DNA of 64,000 nt from Selaginella moellendorffii (taxonomy: Eukaryota; Plantae; Lycopodiophyta), in contig NW_003314407.1 of the NCBI RefSeq assembly GCF_000143415.4, positions 239,748-303,747 on the forward strand. The letters run 5' to 3'. Position 1 is the stretch's first letter. Each line of letters starts with the position of its first letter. Below the pieces are notes generated by a model, which did no database searches, was not told the origin of the DNA, and worked only from the letters and a program-made list of their open reading frames with translations. Shown here piece by piece: positions 24,173 to 36,106 of the stretch. A program made the translations under genes and the position numbers.

Positions 24173-25760
24173 CTACTTGTTGACATAAGTTTGAGCCGCA
24201 TCAAATTCCACCGAGTAGAGCCTCTCAAGCCCACGGTTCCTCCCAAAGTTGACGCGCTGTGCAGACACCTCGATGTTGCTCCGTCCAAAGTACATTGTCA
24301 CGGCCACCTGGCGACTCGTCCCCAGCTCTAGATCCTCATTTATGTCCATGCTGTAGCTGTCGAGCATGGCACAGCCTTTGTCGATCGTGCTGCTGCTCGA
24401 GATGAGTAAGTCGATCCTCAAGGCTTTCTGGTCAGTGTATATGGGAAAGAACGAGTGCGTGATCTCCTGGTTCTCCGAGACTGACTCGTCCTTCTTGACG
24501 TAGAGGCTAAAGACGCTGCATCTCTCGATTCCATAGTTGTCGATAAACTTGGATGCTGGTGGATCGTCCCACCGTGCATAGCGACTCGTCGCAATGCCAT
24601 AAAGAGTTTTTGGAGATCCTGGAGAGAACCACGCCTGTTCCAACTCCAAGAGCCACTGCGCCCCGGCACACTGCGGAACCGGGATTCAGGGGCGAGAGCA
24701 CGTCCTCGACCGAGTCTTCGAACCGCTTCTTGATCCTGTTGAACAGGTAGCGACTCTCGGAGAAGCCTCCCACCAGAAGGATGTACTTGACGTTGTCAAC
24801 TTTGCGAAGTTTCTCGTCGATCAGCTTGATGGTCTTGTCGACTTCGGTGTCAAAGATCGCCTTCATCTGCTCGCAGCTGATCTCGATCTCGTCGTAGTAG
24901 TCACCGCTCTCTGGGAATCCCAGCTCCGCCTTGTCGTGCTTCTTCCATGCCTTGGACAACTTTGCAGGGATTTCCAAAAACTTGGAGCCGCTTCCGTCGA
25001 ACGTGCACTTGCCCTTGGGTCCGAGCCACCAGCTCAAGATCCTGTGCACCACATCCGGCTCCTGCTGCTTGAAAGTGTCGAAGCAGCCGATCTTCTTCCT
25101 GAGAAACTCCAGAAAGTTGGAGTCGACGTAAGTCCCACCTCCAAGTGCACCGGAGCTAGCACAAGCTTCATGGACCTTGTGAATGATCCAATCCTGCGCG
25201 CTCTCCTTCTCATGCACGATGATATCAATGATTCCACCGACATCCGCCACTAGGAACTTTAACCCTGGGCGAAGGAGAGAACACCTCGGAGCTGCCTCTG
25301 GCACGAGAAAGAAGCTGCCTCCGGCTCCAGGATGATCCTCAGGGGATAGATGCTCGCATCGGGGACGCTGCAAAACTTACCCGCGACTTGCTGGAGCCGA
25401 GCAAGCTAATGCCCATGATGGTATCGCTCTTGTTTAGAGGAACGAAGGTGCGTGTGACGGCCTCCCTCTCCGACACTGTATCGTTCTTGGCACCACGATT
25501 GGCCCTCTCGGCATAGACTTGCATGCTGTGGCTCAAAGAAGACCTCACTCCCCCTGCACAGGAGGAGATCGAGCAAAAGGTTGGTGTGTTTGAGACGGGT
25601 TCCAAGCTGCTGCGCCGAAGAAGGAAGCGAGGAGGAGGAGAGGCTGGTCGTGGATTACCTGAGATCTATTTCCCAATTTATCATCCACCATCTGCAGGAG
25701 AAGTACGGGGACGTGCAGTGGTGTCTTACAGTCCCGGCGATTTGGGGCGACCAGGCCAAG
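24173..25760 (-). pseudogene. HSPA12-like Hsp70 pseudogene with internal inversion
   Basis: VPEAA, FLVADVGG, GGGTYVDSNF, LLVGGFSES and AVCRGA on the minus strand with a frameshift at ~24610. The DYLR..WCLTVPAIW segment lies on the plus strand at ~25528-25760. Confidence 0.75.
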
Positions 25761-25927
25761 CCACCCTTCGAAGCCGCTACAAAGCACAATCCACAAGCTT
25801 GAAAGATCCTTGCTTCCCTGGAACATAGAAGAGGCTCGATGAAGAGAACCAAAACCAGCGTAAGTTGTTCCAAAATCTAGACTAAACTCGATCCTTTGGA
25901 AGATTTATATAAGCGCTATACAAAATC

Positions 25928-28900
25928 CTACCAGTTGTGACGCTGCGCGAGCTTCGCCTGTAGCTCGGCCTCGGGGATGAGTCGCTTGCCAGCCTTCCAT
26001 CGTCCCCTCCACCATTCCACAAGCTCCGCCTAGAGACCAAGCTTATCGATGGATCCATCCATGGAACTTTCTCTTACCTCTGTGAAGGAGTGATTCGAGA
26101 CGTACTGACTGTCCACTGTGCACTCCATGTCTCCAAGATCCACGGAGACGGACATGTTCTTGTCGTCACCACCTAGCTTCCGGATGGCTCCTGTTTATTT
26201 GGGGAGACCTTTACAAACTTCGGTGAAACGTTGCGAGAGCTTTAGTACCTCGTATTCGTGCCATCCTGTAGCCGGTTCCACCAAGATCTTTCTCCCATCT
26301 TCCAAACCTTAGCCGCAAGAAGAAGCCTCGCACATTTGTGTTGAAGTCTGGAGAATCCATCCATCTACACCCGAGAGATCTATGTTAGAAAGCAAGACAA
26401 AGACGTGTTTGAGAGACACCACTACCTCCATAGCTCGGACCTTGACAGCCTCACGGACTCGATAGCAGCAAGCATGTCTTTGGGAACGCTGGGAAGTGTT
26501 TCACTGGTTTGCGGAGCTGCCGCTTTCTTAGCCGGAGTTCCAGTCCTTTGGAGGCCAACTTTCTTGTGAGTGTTGTCCTTGGGACTCTCCTCGTTCTTTC
26601 TTTGATCTTTGGCTCTCGCAACCTTGTGATCGGGCTCGTGAAGCGGAGCTATAGACAAGTTACCCGATTGTGGAACGAGGTTGGTGCTTTGAGTCCATAC
26701 AACCGGAGGAATGCTGGCAGCGGGACTAGCTTTTGCGTGATCCACGAGCACAAGACTTGGATTCGCAGGTACTGTTACGCTGGTCACGGACGGCTTGACG
26801 ACGATGGTGGTGTTGACGACGTTGCTAGAGTTCCTCCTCATGAATCTCCAGTTCCTCATCTCACTGTTCTCTCGAGCTCGAGACGCCGCCTCGGTGACCG
26901 AGAATCGACACTGAGCTCCCAAGTGTCCCATCCCCAAGCACCTCAAGCAAGGGAAGTCGAGGACCTCGCTACTCATGTCCTCGAGAACGAGCGCTCGCCT
27001 CTCCAGCTCTTTAAGTTCGCACTCGAGCGTCTCGGAGCAATCCATGACCGAATGGCCCTTGAGTCCGCAAAAGCTGCATGACCTCGACGCGCTCGAGATG
27101 GCCGCCTTGTCCTTGGGCTTGAAGCTCGCGTTCACCCAGTTCTTGACCGTCGCCATGCTCGCTACGAACTCGGCCATGCCTTGCGAGCACTCGGGATCAC
27201 CCGATCCATCCAAAGCTGCTGCTAAGTTGCGAGCCTTGCTACGGTTACCTGTGGATGATCTTTGGAGCTTGGAACTCTTCTCTTGCTGCCCCTGAGATGG
27301 TATGAGACACGAAGCGGCTTGCCACATACCAAAGGATGCCTCCTCGCCACCACCAGACTTGGACTTGGAAGCGTCTTGCTGCTCTTGCTTGAGATGCTGC
27401 TCCTCCTGGGAAGCATGAGCGCGATCTTCCAGGAGATCTTGAGCTTGAGCTTGAGCTGGAGCTTGAGCTTGGTCTTGATCTTGATCTTGTTTGAGAAGTT
27501 GATGCTGTTGCTGTGCCAGAGATTTGGACGCATGCTCTTTGGTTCTTTTGCCGTCTTTTAGCTGCTCGGGAGGGCCACTAGAGCGCGTGGTGCCTTCCGT
27601 CGCATTGGTACTGTTACCACCGCCTTCGTTACCATCACCCGATGCTTGAGGCTCCTCCCGCGAGGAGAAATCTCGTCGCCTCTCGCTCTTTTCGTGCTCT
27701 CCTCCATCTTGCTGCTCCTGCCGCTGCCGCTGCTGCACTCGCTGCTGCTGCTCGTCACCAGAAGTTTGCATCTCCGATGCTTCCTTGTGATGCGCACCAT
27801 CGTCTGTGCAATCCATGCTCTGGGGAGACACCGCATGCTCGTCGGGGAAACGCTTCATCAAAGGTGGCGAGAGCACGAGATCGTGGTCCTTGGCCTTGGA
27901 GGACGATTCCAGCCGCAAGTCTACACTGGAGCAAAGTCCTCCCACTGGAGATCCGAGCTCGGTGGATGGAGCGGCTGTTGCCTCGGAGCCAAAGCATCTC
28001 TTCTTCGCCAGGCCTTTGCCGACGTCGATCATCCACTTCATGAAGGAGCCGACGACTGGTTTTTGTGCACTAGCAGCAGCGGCAAACTGGTCCGAGCATC
28101 TCTCCTTGGAGTTCGAAAGATTCCTGGTCACCTCGTTTGCCACTTGCTTTGGCTTATCAGCGAGATGGACGAGAAGACTCTTCCGGATCGGCGGGATGCC
28201 AGAGCTGCTGTTGGAACTCAACCTCAATCCGGCGTTCTCGCTATCGGCCAGCACATAGCTCGCTGTTTTCTGGAGTGGAGATGCCTGGTCGTGCTCCACT
28301 TCGAACTTCCGCTTGGAAGGAAGAAGCTTGAGGAAGCCACAGTCGTTTTTGAAAGATGGCCGAGCCTTGGCTGCTTGAGCAGCTCCAAGCTCGCTGAGAT
28401 TTGGAGCTTCCGAGTCTGCGGCAGTGGAGAGTGGAGCTGGCTGGAGGATATCTGTGCTACACCTTGGCAAGCTACTGCTCTCCCTGCCTGGCTTAGCTCC
28501 CGAGAGGATCATCGTTTGATCGTCGACTTCGGTCTTTACGTGCGCCAAGTTCAAGCTCGTCTGCGAGTGTCGTCCGCTCAATGCAGCTCCTGAGCCACTG
28601 GCCATCAGCATCATCTCCTTACGAGCCTCTTCCAGCTCTAGCTCGGAGGACGATCTTACAGCTTGGGGCTTGTTCTTTTCCTCGTCGCAAAATTCCAGCT
28701 TTGGTGGAACCAGCTGCAAACCCGCGTCTTTGTTCACCACCTTTGTCTCCTTTTCATTTTCCTGCTCCTGCACTGGAGGCTGCACTGGAGGCGCTGGACT
28801 AGTCGATGCTGTTCGTCCCAGAGGAGAACCATCTAAGCGAGAAGAACAATACGAAGCTTAGCAAAGATCGCTGCTACAAGACGTTTGAACTCACCTCTCT

Positions 28901-29783
28901 TGGAAGAGCGATCACGTACACCACCACCGAAGCTGAAAGTATCAGTGCTAACCCTCGACGAAGTAGCGAGCTGTCCAACCATGGCTATGGCTCGCTGCTT
29001 TGGAATCGCACCACCCCATAACTTCAGCGCTTGTTGTTGTTGTTGTGAGTTTGATCCGGGACGAAACGCTGGAACCTCGGGAGTAGCAGTTGCAACCAGA
29101 GCCATGCCTCTGACGTCCGCTTCCGAGAGCCCCGAGCTCCCGCGACCGCTGGCACTGTGACTGTTTCCAGTTGATCGCAACTTGGTCCTATCTCCTCCTG
29201 TTCCTAGCGATGATCCTTCCACTAAAGGTTGGCCCCCATGATCGTTGTGATTCCTGGTCGTACTAGCCAGTGGAGCTTGATGGGAATCTATGGAACAAAA
29301 AAGAGAATGGTTATCGTTTGATCGTATCAAAGAAAGAAAGAGCTCAACGAAGGGAAAGTTTCTCTCTTACAACTTGTAGTATCGAAGAAAACTGAGCCGC
29401 ATTGAGCACTTAGCCTCTGGCCGAAGCTGGTCTTGAGAAATGGGCGAGGTGGTCGCTCCGGAGAGATGCGGGGCTGCTGCTCCGGAGCCTTTTGTTCCTC
29501 GCTACCCGAGTTTTTGATCTGGAAAAGAGGAGCAGCGAGCATCAATCTCCAGAGACTAGCCACCGGACGCTTTGTTTGCAAAAACGTACCTTTCTCGCTC
29601 CAACAGCGCCTTTGATAGAACCTATCCAACGAAAGAGCGCTCGGTTTAAGACCTTCGAGCTACCACGAGGAAAAAAAAAGTGTTTTTCCTCTTACCTCGA
29701 GAGGACGAAGAATGCGAGCGATGGCTATAAGACTTGGCACCGCCGTTTGGAGGTGACACCTCTGGAACCTCGCGGATCTCCAT
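25928..29783 (-). CDS. TZP: Tandem zinc knuckle/Plus3 protein (TZP-like), multi-exon; start uncertain
   Basis: Two CCHC knuckles (CSFCGLKGHSVMDC, CLRCLGMGHLGAQC). VRLSRSELWR|WM..GFFLRLRFGRWEKDLGGTGY matches the Plus3 domain. Stop TAG at 25928-25930. Confidence 0.8.
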
Positions 29784-31172
29784 TCACCAGTAGCGCTCCT
29801 CATCTCTTGGCGAGCGACAAGATCAAGAGCTCCTCAGATCCAATTCCAACCATCTATCTGGATTGGAATTATCCAGCGCTAGCTAGAGGAGCTAAGCCAC
29901 TACCACACAAAGGGGAAAGAAAGATGGAGAAAGGTCTCTCTTTTCTCCTCTCGGCTCTTCTCTCATCCTGGCCAGTCGCTGTCCACTTATCCTTGACTTT
30001 GGTTGATCAGATATGATCATCTCCCCCTAGGCATGAGAAACCAATCCTTTTTACTCTCTGGCTCGCAAATCCCACCCAGTAGAGCAGCACGACAAATCCA
30101 GTGACCCAATTGCTTGCTCGATCGGCCCAGCCCGGCAAGAATGTGTCCTGCGCGCTCCAGCGAATGCCCACGAAACAAAAAGCTGCAAGAGAGAAAAGAG
30201 GGAAGAAAAGAGAGAGAGAGAGAGGGGTCTCGGCGCTCAGAAGAAAGAAAGCAATCCAATTTCTGGACGCGCGCTTTCCAGCCTGACCGGACAGAGGAGT
30301 TGCTACTCTCTTGCTGCCTGGGGGGATTTGGACACTCCCCACACGCAAAGATCACAAATGCCCCCACGAAGAAAATGATCGTCGTTTGCTCGTTAAGAGA
30401 GATTTGGAGAGTGTGATAGTGACCAACTTTGGTCGTGAAAGAGAGCAAAGTAAAAGAGCGACCTTTGCTTTGCTTTGCTGCTTTGGATGGTGATGTGATC
30501 AATGACAGAATAAGAGAAATTGTTGCCTTTATGCCTGTGATCTTTTTCTTTTCTCCTTTAAAGGCTTTAACGCTTGAGAGATCTTAACGAAGAACATGAT
30601 CCTAGATCTAGCTGGTTATTAAAATTCCGAAATTTTTTTCCCTCTCCCCTCCAGAAAAAGAGAAAGAAATTTGCTTTGCTTTCATGTCTGCTGGCGAGCA
30701 GGCGCCATAAGCTGCGGCATTAATGAAGAGCTTCTTTTGTGATAACCAAGAACAGCTAGCTAGCACAGGGACACACTCTACTGTGCTTTGATTGTGGTGG
30801 TGGTAACCTCCTAATCGATGAATGCGCGATTCACTTCACGATGTAAGAGACGAGCACGAACGAAGGAACACGAGAAAGAAGCTGGACGATGATGCTTGCC
30901 TGCGTTGGTTCTTAAAAATCTGGAAAAGCGTTGGGCTTGTCTTCATCTCATTGGATTTTCCACTGTCGATGTCTCAAACAAATGCTTTGCTTACGCCTTG
31001 CCTGAAAGTGACACAGGCCACCTATGAGCAGACTTCCCAAGAGCAGGAAACCAACAAACCTTCGCTGTGGATCCATTTCCATTTTATTCGAACACCTGCC
31101 GAAACACCACCCGGGATTCAGAAAAGAAAGGAAAACAATAGACTATCACCACCTTTTGGCATTCCTGCCAAG

Positions 31173-32974
31173 CTATTTCGTGTCGAGCATTGCTGGTCCG
31201 AGCCTCACGGAATTGACGTAGTTCACTGGACTGTGAGCAGAAACGCCGGGGAAGAACAGACCAACGAGCCGCAGCACCGTCGACGAGCTGGACTCCCGAT
31301 AGTTGTCACCATACCGGAAGTGGAGAACAAAGCTCTGGAGAAGCTCCCACACTGCCACGGCATGGTTGAAGATGTAGTAGAATGGATTGAAGTAGTTTTT
31401 GTTGGGCTCCTCCTTCACAATCTACAGTATCACCAAAGTTCGTCTCAAGAGAAAAGGAAGAACAGAAGATATGTAGACGTACCATTTTGGTGTAGAAGCT
31501 GGTGTAGAAGAAGCACGGCTCGATGTGCTTGAACTGGAAGAGAAAGTCGTCGAAAGGAACGCGTGGGATAAGATCAGCGCTGTAGACAACGCGGAAGAAG
31601 CGATTGTCTGCTCCGTTGAGCTTGCTTGTCATGGTAGCTGCGAATTCCTTGTCCCCTACTCGAGGCTGTCCAAACGTGTAGAGAGCACCCAGCTTGCCTG
31701 TGATGGTGTTTTCCTTGTTGTGGAAGAGTATGGTGGTAAAGACGGTCGCCAGAGCACCTCCCAAGCTATGTCCAGTTACGTAGACTTTGGCATTCCTGTG
31801 AGCTCTGAGGAGGACCTTGAGCTCGTCGCAGGCGGTGTCGTAGGCGAAGAGAGGCTTCCCCTTGTCTTGACCGTGATCCTGATCCTGATCCCCCAGTGTA
31901 ACAGCTTCGATGAGCCCCGAAGCTGGAGTGTGCTTGCTGCTGCTGGTGGCGTTGCCGGAGGCTCTGGTTTTGGCGACGTTGTCCTTCATGCGAGTGAATG
32001 AATCCATGTCGTGGCGATCCACCAGGCTGAGAGCTTCCAGAAAGCCGACGTGAACACGGCCAATGCCGGGGAGAAGGTACCACGAGAAATCAAAGTCTGT
32101 GCTCCAGTCGGAGGCGTTGAACGGCATTGTTCCGCGGAAGACAACGAAGACAGCTTGTGCATCGACTGCTCGGTCCATGAAAATGAGAACTTGAGTTGGA
32201 TTCGTAGGTTCGTTCTCTGTGACAAAAAAAAAACATAGAACTATAACTCAGCATCAGGAAGAAGAGAAGTTCTTGCGATACTTACTGTTGATGCACTCGT
32301 ATATATCCACGACATGCATCTACATTCACAGCACAAAAGTCAAGCAACAAAACGTCGATGCTGATACTTACTTTCCACTCGTTCGTGATGATCTTCCGGA
32401 TGATTTTGGAGTTTTCGTATGCAAGCTTGGACGCCATCATGCAAACATCTGCCATGAGTTTCGACCCCGGAGGATCTGACACAAAGTGGCTGGCTACTTG
32501 ATCTTCAAGTTGATGGACCAGCAAGTCCGTGCGTGGATCTAAAAACCCAATCACACTCCAGTAGGAGTCGGAATCCTCGTCGGGGATGATGATTCCTACA
32601 AAGAAAAAAAAAGAAAAATGAGACAAAGAAGAAGAAAGAAAGAACAAGTTCTTCTACGTACCTCTTCCAGTGAGAAGCTTTTGGACGAGGTTGGAAAGTC
32701 CGCCATTGGCATAGACAGTGTTGAGGAAGATCTCGAGGAATTCGCCAATGGCCGCGAGCACTTTGGAGACGAGATGGAGGAGCTTGAGGATGAGCATGGC
32801 GAACCTCGCTTGCCAGCTCTGGTCCACCATCCCCTGGAGCGATGGCGAGCACTCCATCCCTGGTGCATGCCCACTCCACGTCACAAAAGACGCCACGAGC
32901 TCACCCAGGCCACACTCCCTGGATCGAAATATCACATACTCGCTACTTTCATCCGGCTGCGTTCTTTGATCCAT
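31173..32974 (-). CDS. Class 3 triacylglycerol lipase (OBL1-like), multi-exon
   Basis: MASKLAYEN, VVFRGT, DWSTDFDFSW, VHVGF, VTGHSLGGALA, YTFGQPRVGD, DLIPRVP, HSPVNYVNSVRLG. Confidence 0.9.
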
Positions 32975-33436
32975 GCTGCAATCAATCGAGCTAGAAATCA
33001 AACCGCCCAAGAGCTGCAAGGAAAGAACGCGAGCTCCTTTAACGCATCTGGAAGAAAGCTTGGAAGCCAAGGCAAAGGATTTGCATACCGGACGAGGAAG
33101 ACGGAGTCCTTCGCCCGGATTCTCGTCGCATCCACTGCCACAATCGCTGGAATCCGCCCTTCATTCACATGCCGCACACCGGATCGCCCGCGCGATGGAT
33201 CGAGGCGGCGAATCGGCGCATCTCAGAGGCTTGGCGACAAGGGCGTGGGATTGGAAGATGTGGATTTCCTCTTCTTCCTCCTCCGCTCGTAACGGGTCGG
33301 TGATGCTCCACTCTCGCAAGCAAGAAAGGGCATATTCTCCGCCATGGAATCATTCTCTTAGGGTTTTAGGGCATTGTTGGGCGTTCCCTCTTCTTCTTCC
33401 CTGGGCGCCATTGCTGCGATCGCGCGCCTCGATCGC

Positions 33437-34140
33437 CATGGCTGCTAGAAATGTAGGAATCTCAGCTCGCTCGCGGTGTGGAATGCAGGAAGAGATTGGG
33501 CGGATTTCCCAGGGTTCTTGGACAAGCTCGATCAGGTATGAGAGTGAATTTGCGATCTCTTTGCGCTGCATTCACTCATGCCTTGCTATCTATAGTCTTT
33601 CTTTTGTTTTTTACCTGTGAATCTCTGGATCGCTTGGCTCTGGATCCTTTGTTTAATTCTCTTTTGTTCCTTGCAGACTGGCAAGGCTGGTGCTAGCTCG
33701 TGACTTGGATTCTAAATTTCCACTGGTATCAGAGAGAAATTCTTTCAAAGAAGAGGAAAAACTGTTGCTTGATGCGATGATGATTGCATGATACTGGGAC
33801 ACCTCTCTACCTAAAGCATCAATCGCCCGTGATCATTTCTCTCAGAGCTTTCGTACGACGCTTGGGTGAGGGAATATTGTCGCGCTCGCCATCCACAGTA
33901 GCGTCCTCGTTCATGTATGCCGGACGGAAGCCGGAAAGATTGACAAGTAAGCGTCTTATTGTTTTGGTTTGCTTTGTCCTTTTAACAGCGCTGGTCCTTG
34001 GCTTTTATGCAGGTGTCGTTGCGTCGAGAGAGAACGCAGGTATTGTCTCTGTCGTACTTTTGTTGGTGTTTTTGTTGACCATTTCCTGTAATCAGAGTCC
34101 AGCTAAAAGAACACGTTGCTCCTACGGTGCTAAAAAATGA
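33437..34140 (+). other. Possible small multi-exon gene of unknown product
   Basis: A series of short GT..AG intron-like segments (e.g. 33947-34011, 34039-34095), an upstream telo-box-like TAGGGTTT and a GCCATGG start context. No recognised protein. Confidence 0.3.
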
Positions 34141-34277
34141 AGGAAAAAGAAAAAATGGAGGAGGAGGGGACAACGGCCTTTGTACATCTGCAAGTATTTT
34201 TCTTCGCTTTTCTACTTCTTTAAGTTTTTTTTTTTTTTTCATTTTTCTTATGCCCGACTCGTGTGTATTCTGCAATC

Positions 34278-35969
34278 TCAGAAGGTGTAGTCGAGGCGAG
34301 GATTGAGAAACAAACCTCTCAAGGCGAACTTGATGTCGTGATTGCTGAAAGGACACGAAGGCAGCCATTGCCATGAAGCCGGGGTGGTGGAAAGGTCGCA
34401 GACCAACATCCCCGAGTGCGAGCTCTTGAAGAAGTATATTAAATCGCCGGACCCAGCGCACTTAAGATCGAAGTCTCCCTTGCTCTCGTAAAACATCTGG
34501 AAGTAATGCTGCGGCATCTGGTCCTTGTCAAGCCACTGCTGGCTTTCAACTTGAAGCTCCCACAGGTGAATCCTCTCGCAAACTCGGTCAGTTCCCACTC
34601 CGCCGACTAACAGCAGCTTTTCCTTCCGCTTGAGCAGGAAAGACGAGTACAGGCACGCGGGCCGCGGCACCTTCATCTCGGACCATAGTCTGGTACCCAG
34701 GTTATACGACATGAGGTTGTAAGGGCGGGCAGACGTCAGACAGTAGAGTGTGCCCTGGCAGAAGACGGTTTTGGAGGTCCACACAGTAATCTTGACGGTG
34801 TAGTAGCGGGGAATGGCTCCAAGGACGGTCCAGGAGTCCGTTCTGGAATCGTAGATCTCCGTGGAGCACTCGTAGTCACCCCCGCATTCGGACGTCCCGC
34901 CTGCGACGATGATCCTATACCCGCTGCTGTCGTCGACTTGAAACACCCCGACGAGTGAGTTGAATCGCTTGTAAGTCATCTGAGGCAGCTCCTTCCAGGT
35001 CTGCATGATCGGGTTGCACACCGCCAGCATCCCCAAGTTGCTGAGACCGGCTCGCATGAAGATGAGGCCTCCGATGGCAGCCAGCGGGAACCTCATATAA
35101 GGTGGCAGGAATGCGAGCGAGACATTGAGCCACTTGTTGAGCGTGGGGCTGAAGGCACACGACTTGTCCCGGCAGTTATAGGAGCAGGCAAGGAGCCAGG
35201 GGGCCTCCCTCGCGGGTGTGCTGCGGTAGACTCTCTGGAAGTTGCTCGACTTGATCCGGGAGTTCCAGGACTTGCAGACGAGGCCGGCCGCCACCAGGCT
35301 CTCAATTGGCATGAAGGCGAACACCTTGTCCATGATGTCCTCGGGGAGGCTATGCCAGAGTGGGAACGAAGGCTCGTGCTGCTCCTGGCCGCCATCCATG
35401 ATTCTCGCTCGGGAGCTCATTGGTGTGACGGACGCACGTAGGCTGGCTGACTTGGGGGCAGGAGCAATAATTACAAGCTGCAAACGAGAAGATCCAGGAT
35501 CAAACCACAAAGTAAAGGTGGTGCCGTGGAGGTGCGGGAAGGGGGAAAGTGCAAACCTTGATTGCTGGGTGGGCCGGCACGAGAAGAAAGGCCACACCTG
35601 ATGATGCTGCGTCCACCCTCCAACACCAGCAGCAGCAAGAGCAACGATTGGAAGAAGAAGAGGGGTAGTAACAGTAACTGTACCAGCTAGAGATCCGTCA
35701 ACAAAGTCATCTCCAGCAGCAGAGGACTCTGTGGTGGAGCAAGCGAGAAAAGAGCAAGCAGCAGTCAAGGACTTATATCTGCTGGGAAGCGGGGGGAGGA
35801 GGAGCAGACTTGGAGAGACGAGGAGGCGGTGTGAAAGCGAGGTGCTTGAGCAAGAGGAGCAAGGCTGGTCGTCGTCAATCATGCAGCAGCAGGAGCAGGG
35901 GGTGGGAGTGGACGCTTTCGGAGACAACCGGGTGCATCCAGAGGGGTTAAGCGAGCGCCACCGCAACAT
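34278..35969 (-). CDS. F-box/kelch-like repeat protein (true start may be near 35420 or involve an upstream exon)
   Basis: F-box LWHSLPEDIMDKVFAFMP..LVCKSWN, followed by VCNPIMQTWKELP, YRIIVAGG and TEIYDSRTDSW. Confidence 0.88.
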   Translation of the reverse strand: MLRWRSLNPSGCTRLSPKASTPTPCSCCCMIDDDQPCSSCSSTSLSHRLLVSPSLLLLPPLPSRYKSLTAACSFLACSTTESSAAGDDFVDGSLAGTVTVTTPLLLPIVALAAAGVGGWTQHHQVWPFFSCRPTQQSRFALSPFPHLHGTTFTLWFDPGSSRLQLVIIAPAPKSASLRASVTPMSSRARIMDGGQEQHEPSFPLWHSLPEDIMDKVFAFMPIESLVAAGLVCKSWNSRIKSSNFQRVYRSTPAREAPWLLACSYNCRDKSCAFSPTLNKWLNVSLAFLPPYMRFPLAAIGGLIFMRAGLSNLGMLAVCNPIMQTWKELPQMTYKRFNSLVGVFQVDDSSGYRIIVAGGTSECGGDYECSTEIYDSRTDSWTVLGAIPRYYTVKITVWTSKTVFCQGTLYCLTSARPYNLMSYNLGTRLWSEMKVPRPACLYSSFLLKRKEKLLLVGGVGTDRVCERIHLWELQVESQQWLDKDQMPQHYFQMFYESKGDFDLKCAGSGDLIYFFKSSHSGMLVCDLSTTPASWQWLPSCPFSNHDIKFALRGLFLNPRLDYTF

Positions 35970-36083
35970 GAACCGATTTAGCCAGTCAAAGCTACGATTC
36001 TATGCGTGAGGGAACGTATGGTAAGAGGGGAAGGAGATCTTTCACTCACACCATCTTCTCTTTTTGGCGACTAACTCATGCTC

Positions 36084-36106
36084 CTCTCTCTCTCTCTCTC
36101 TCTCTC
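36084..36106. repeat. (CT)n microsatellite
   Basis: Direct dinucleotide run. Confidence 0.85.

Larger units (their letters stand above)
8004..26400. repeat. Tandem segmental duplication: copy 1 8004-16698, copy 2 16699-26400
   Basis: The junction AGCAAGACAA|TCTCAAAGTTC at 16698/16699 joins the sequence ending at 26400 to the sequence starting at 8004. GT2-A, GT2-B, Hsp70-like fragments and TZP 3' exons recur colinearly. Confidence 0.9.

Noticed and set aside
29900-31100. ORFs between TZP and the lipase
   Set aside because: Low-complexity, UTR/promoter-like sequence with no motifs.
33724-33735. TGGTATCAGAG resembling a tRNA-Met primer-binding site
   Set aside because: No adjacent LTR end or gag/pol sequence, so likely chance.
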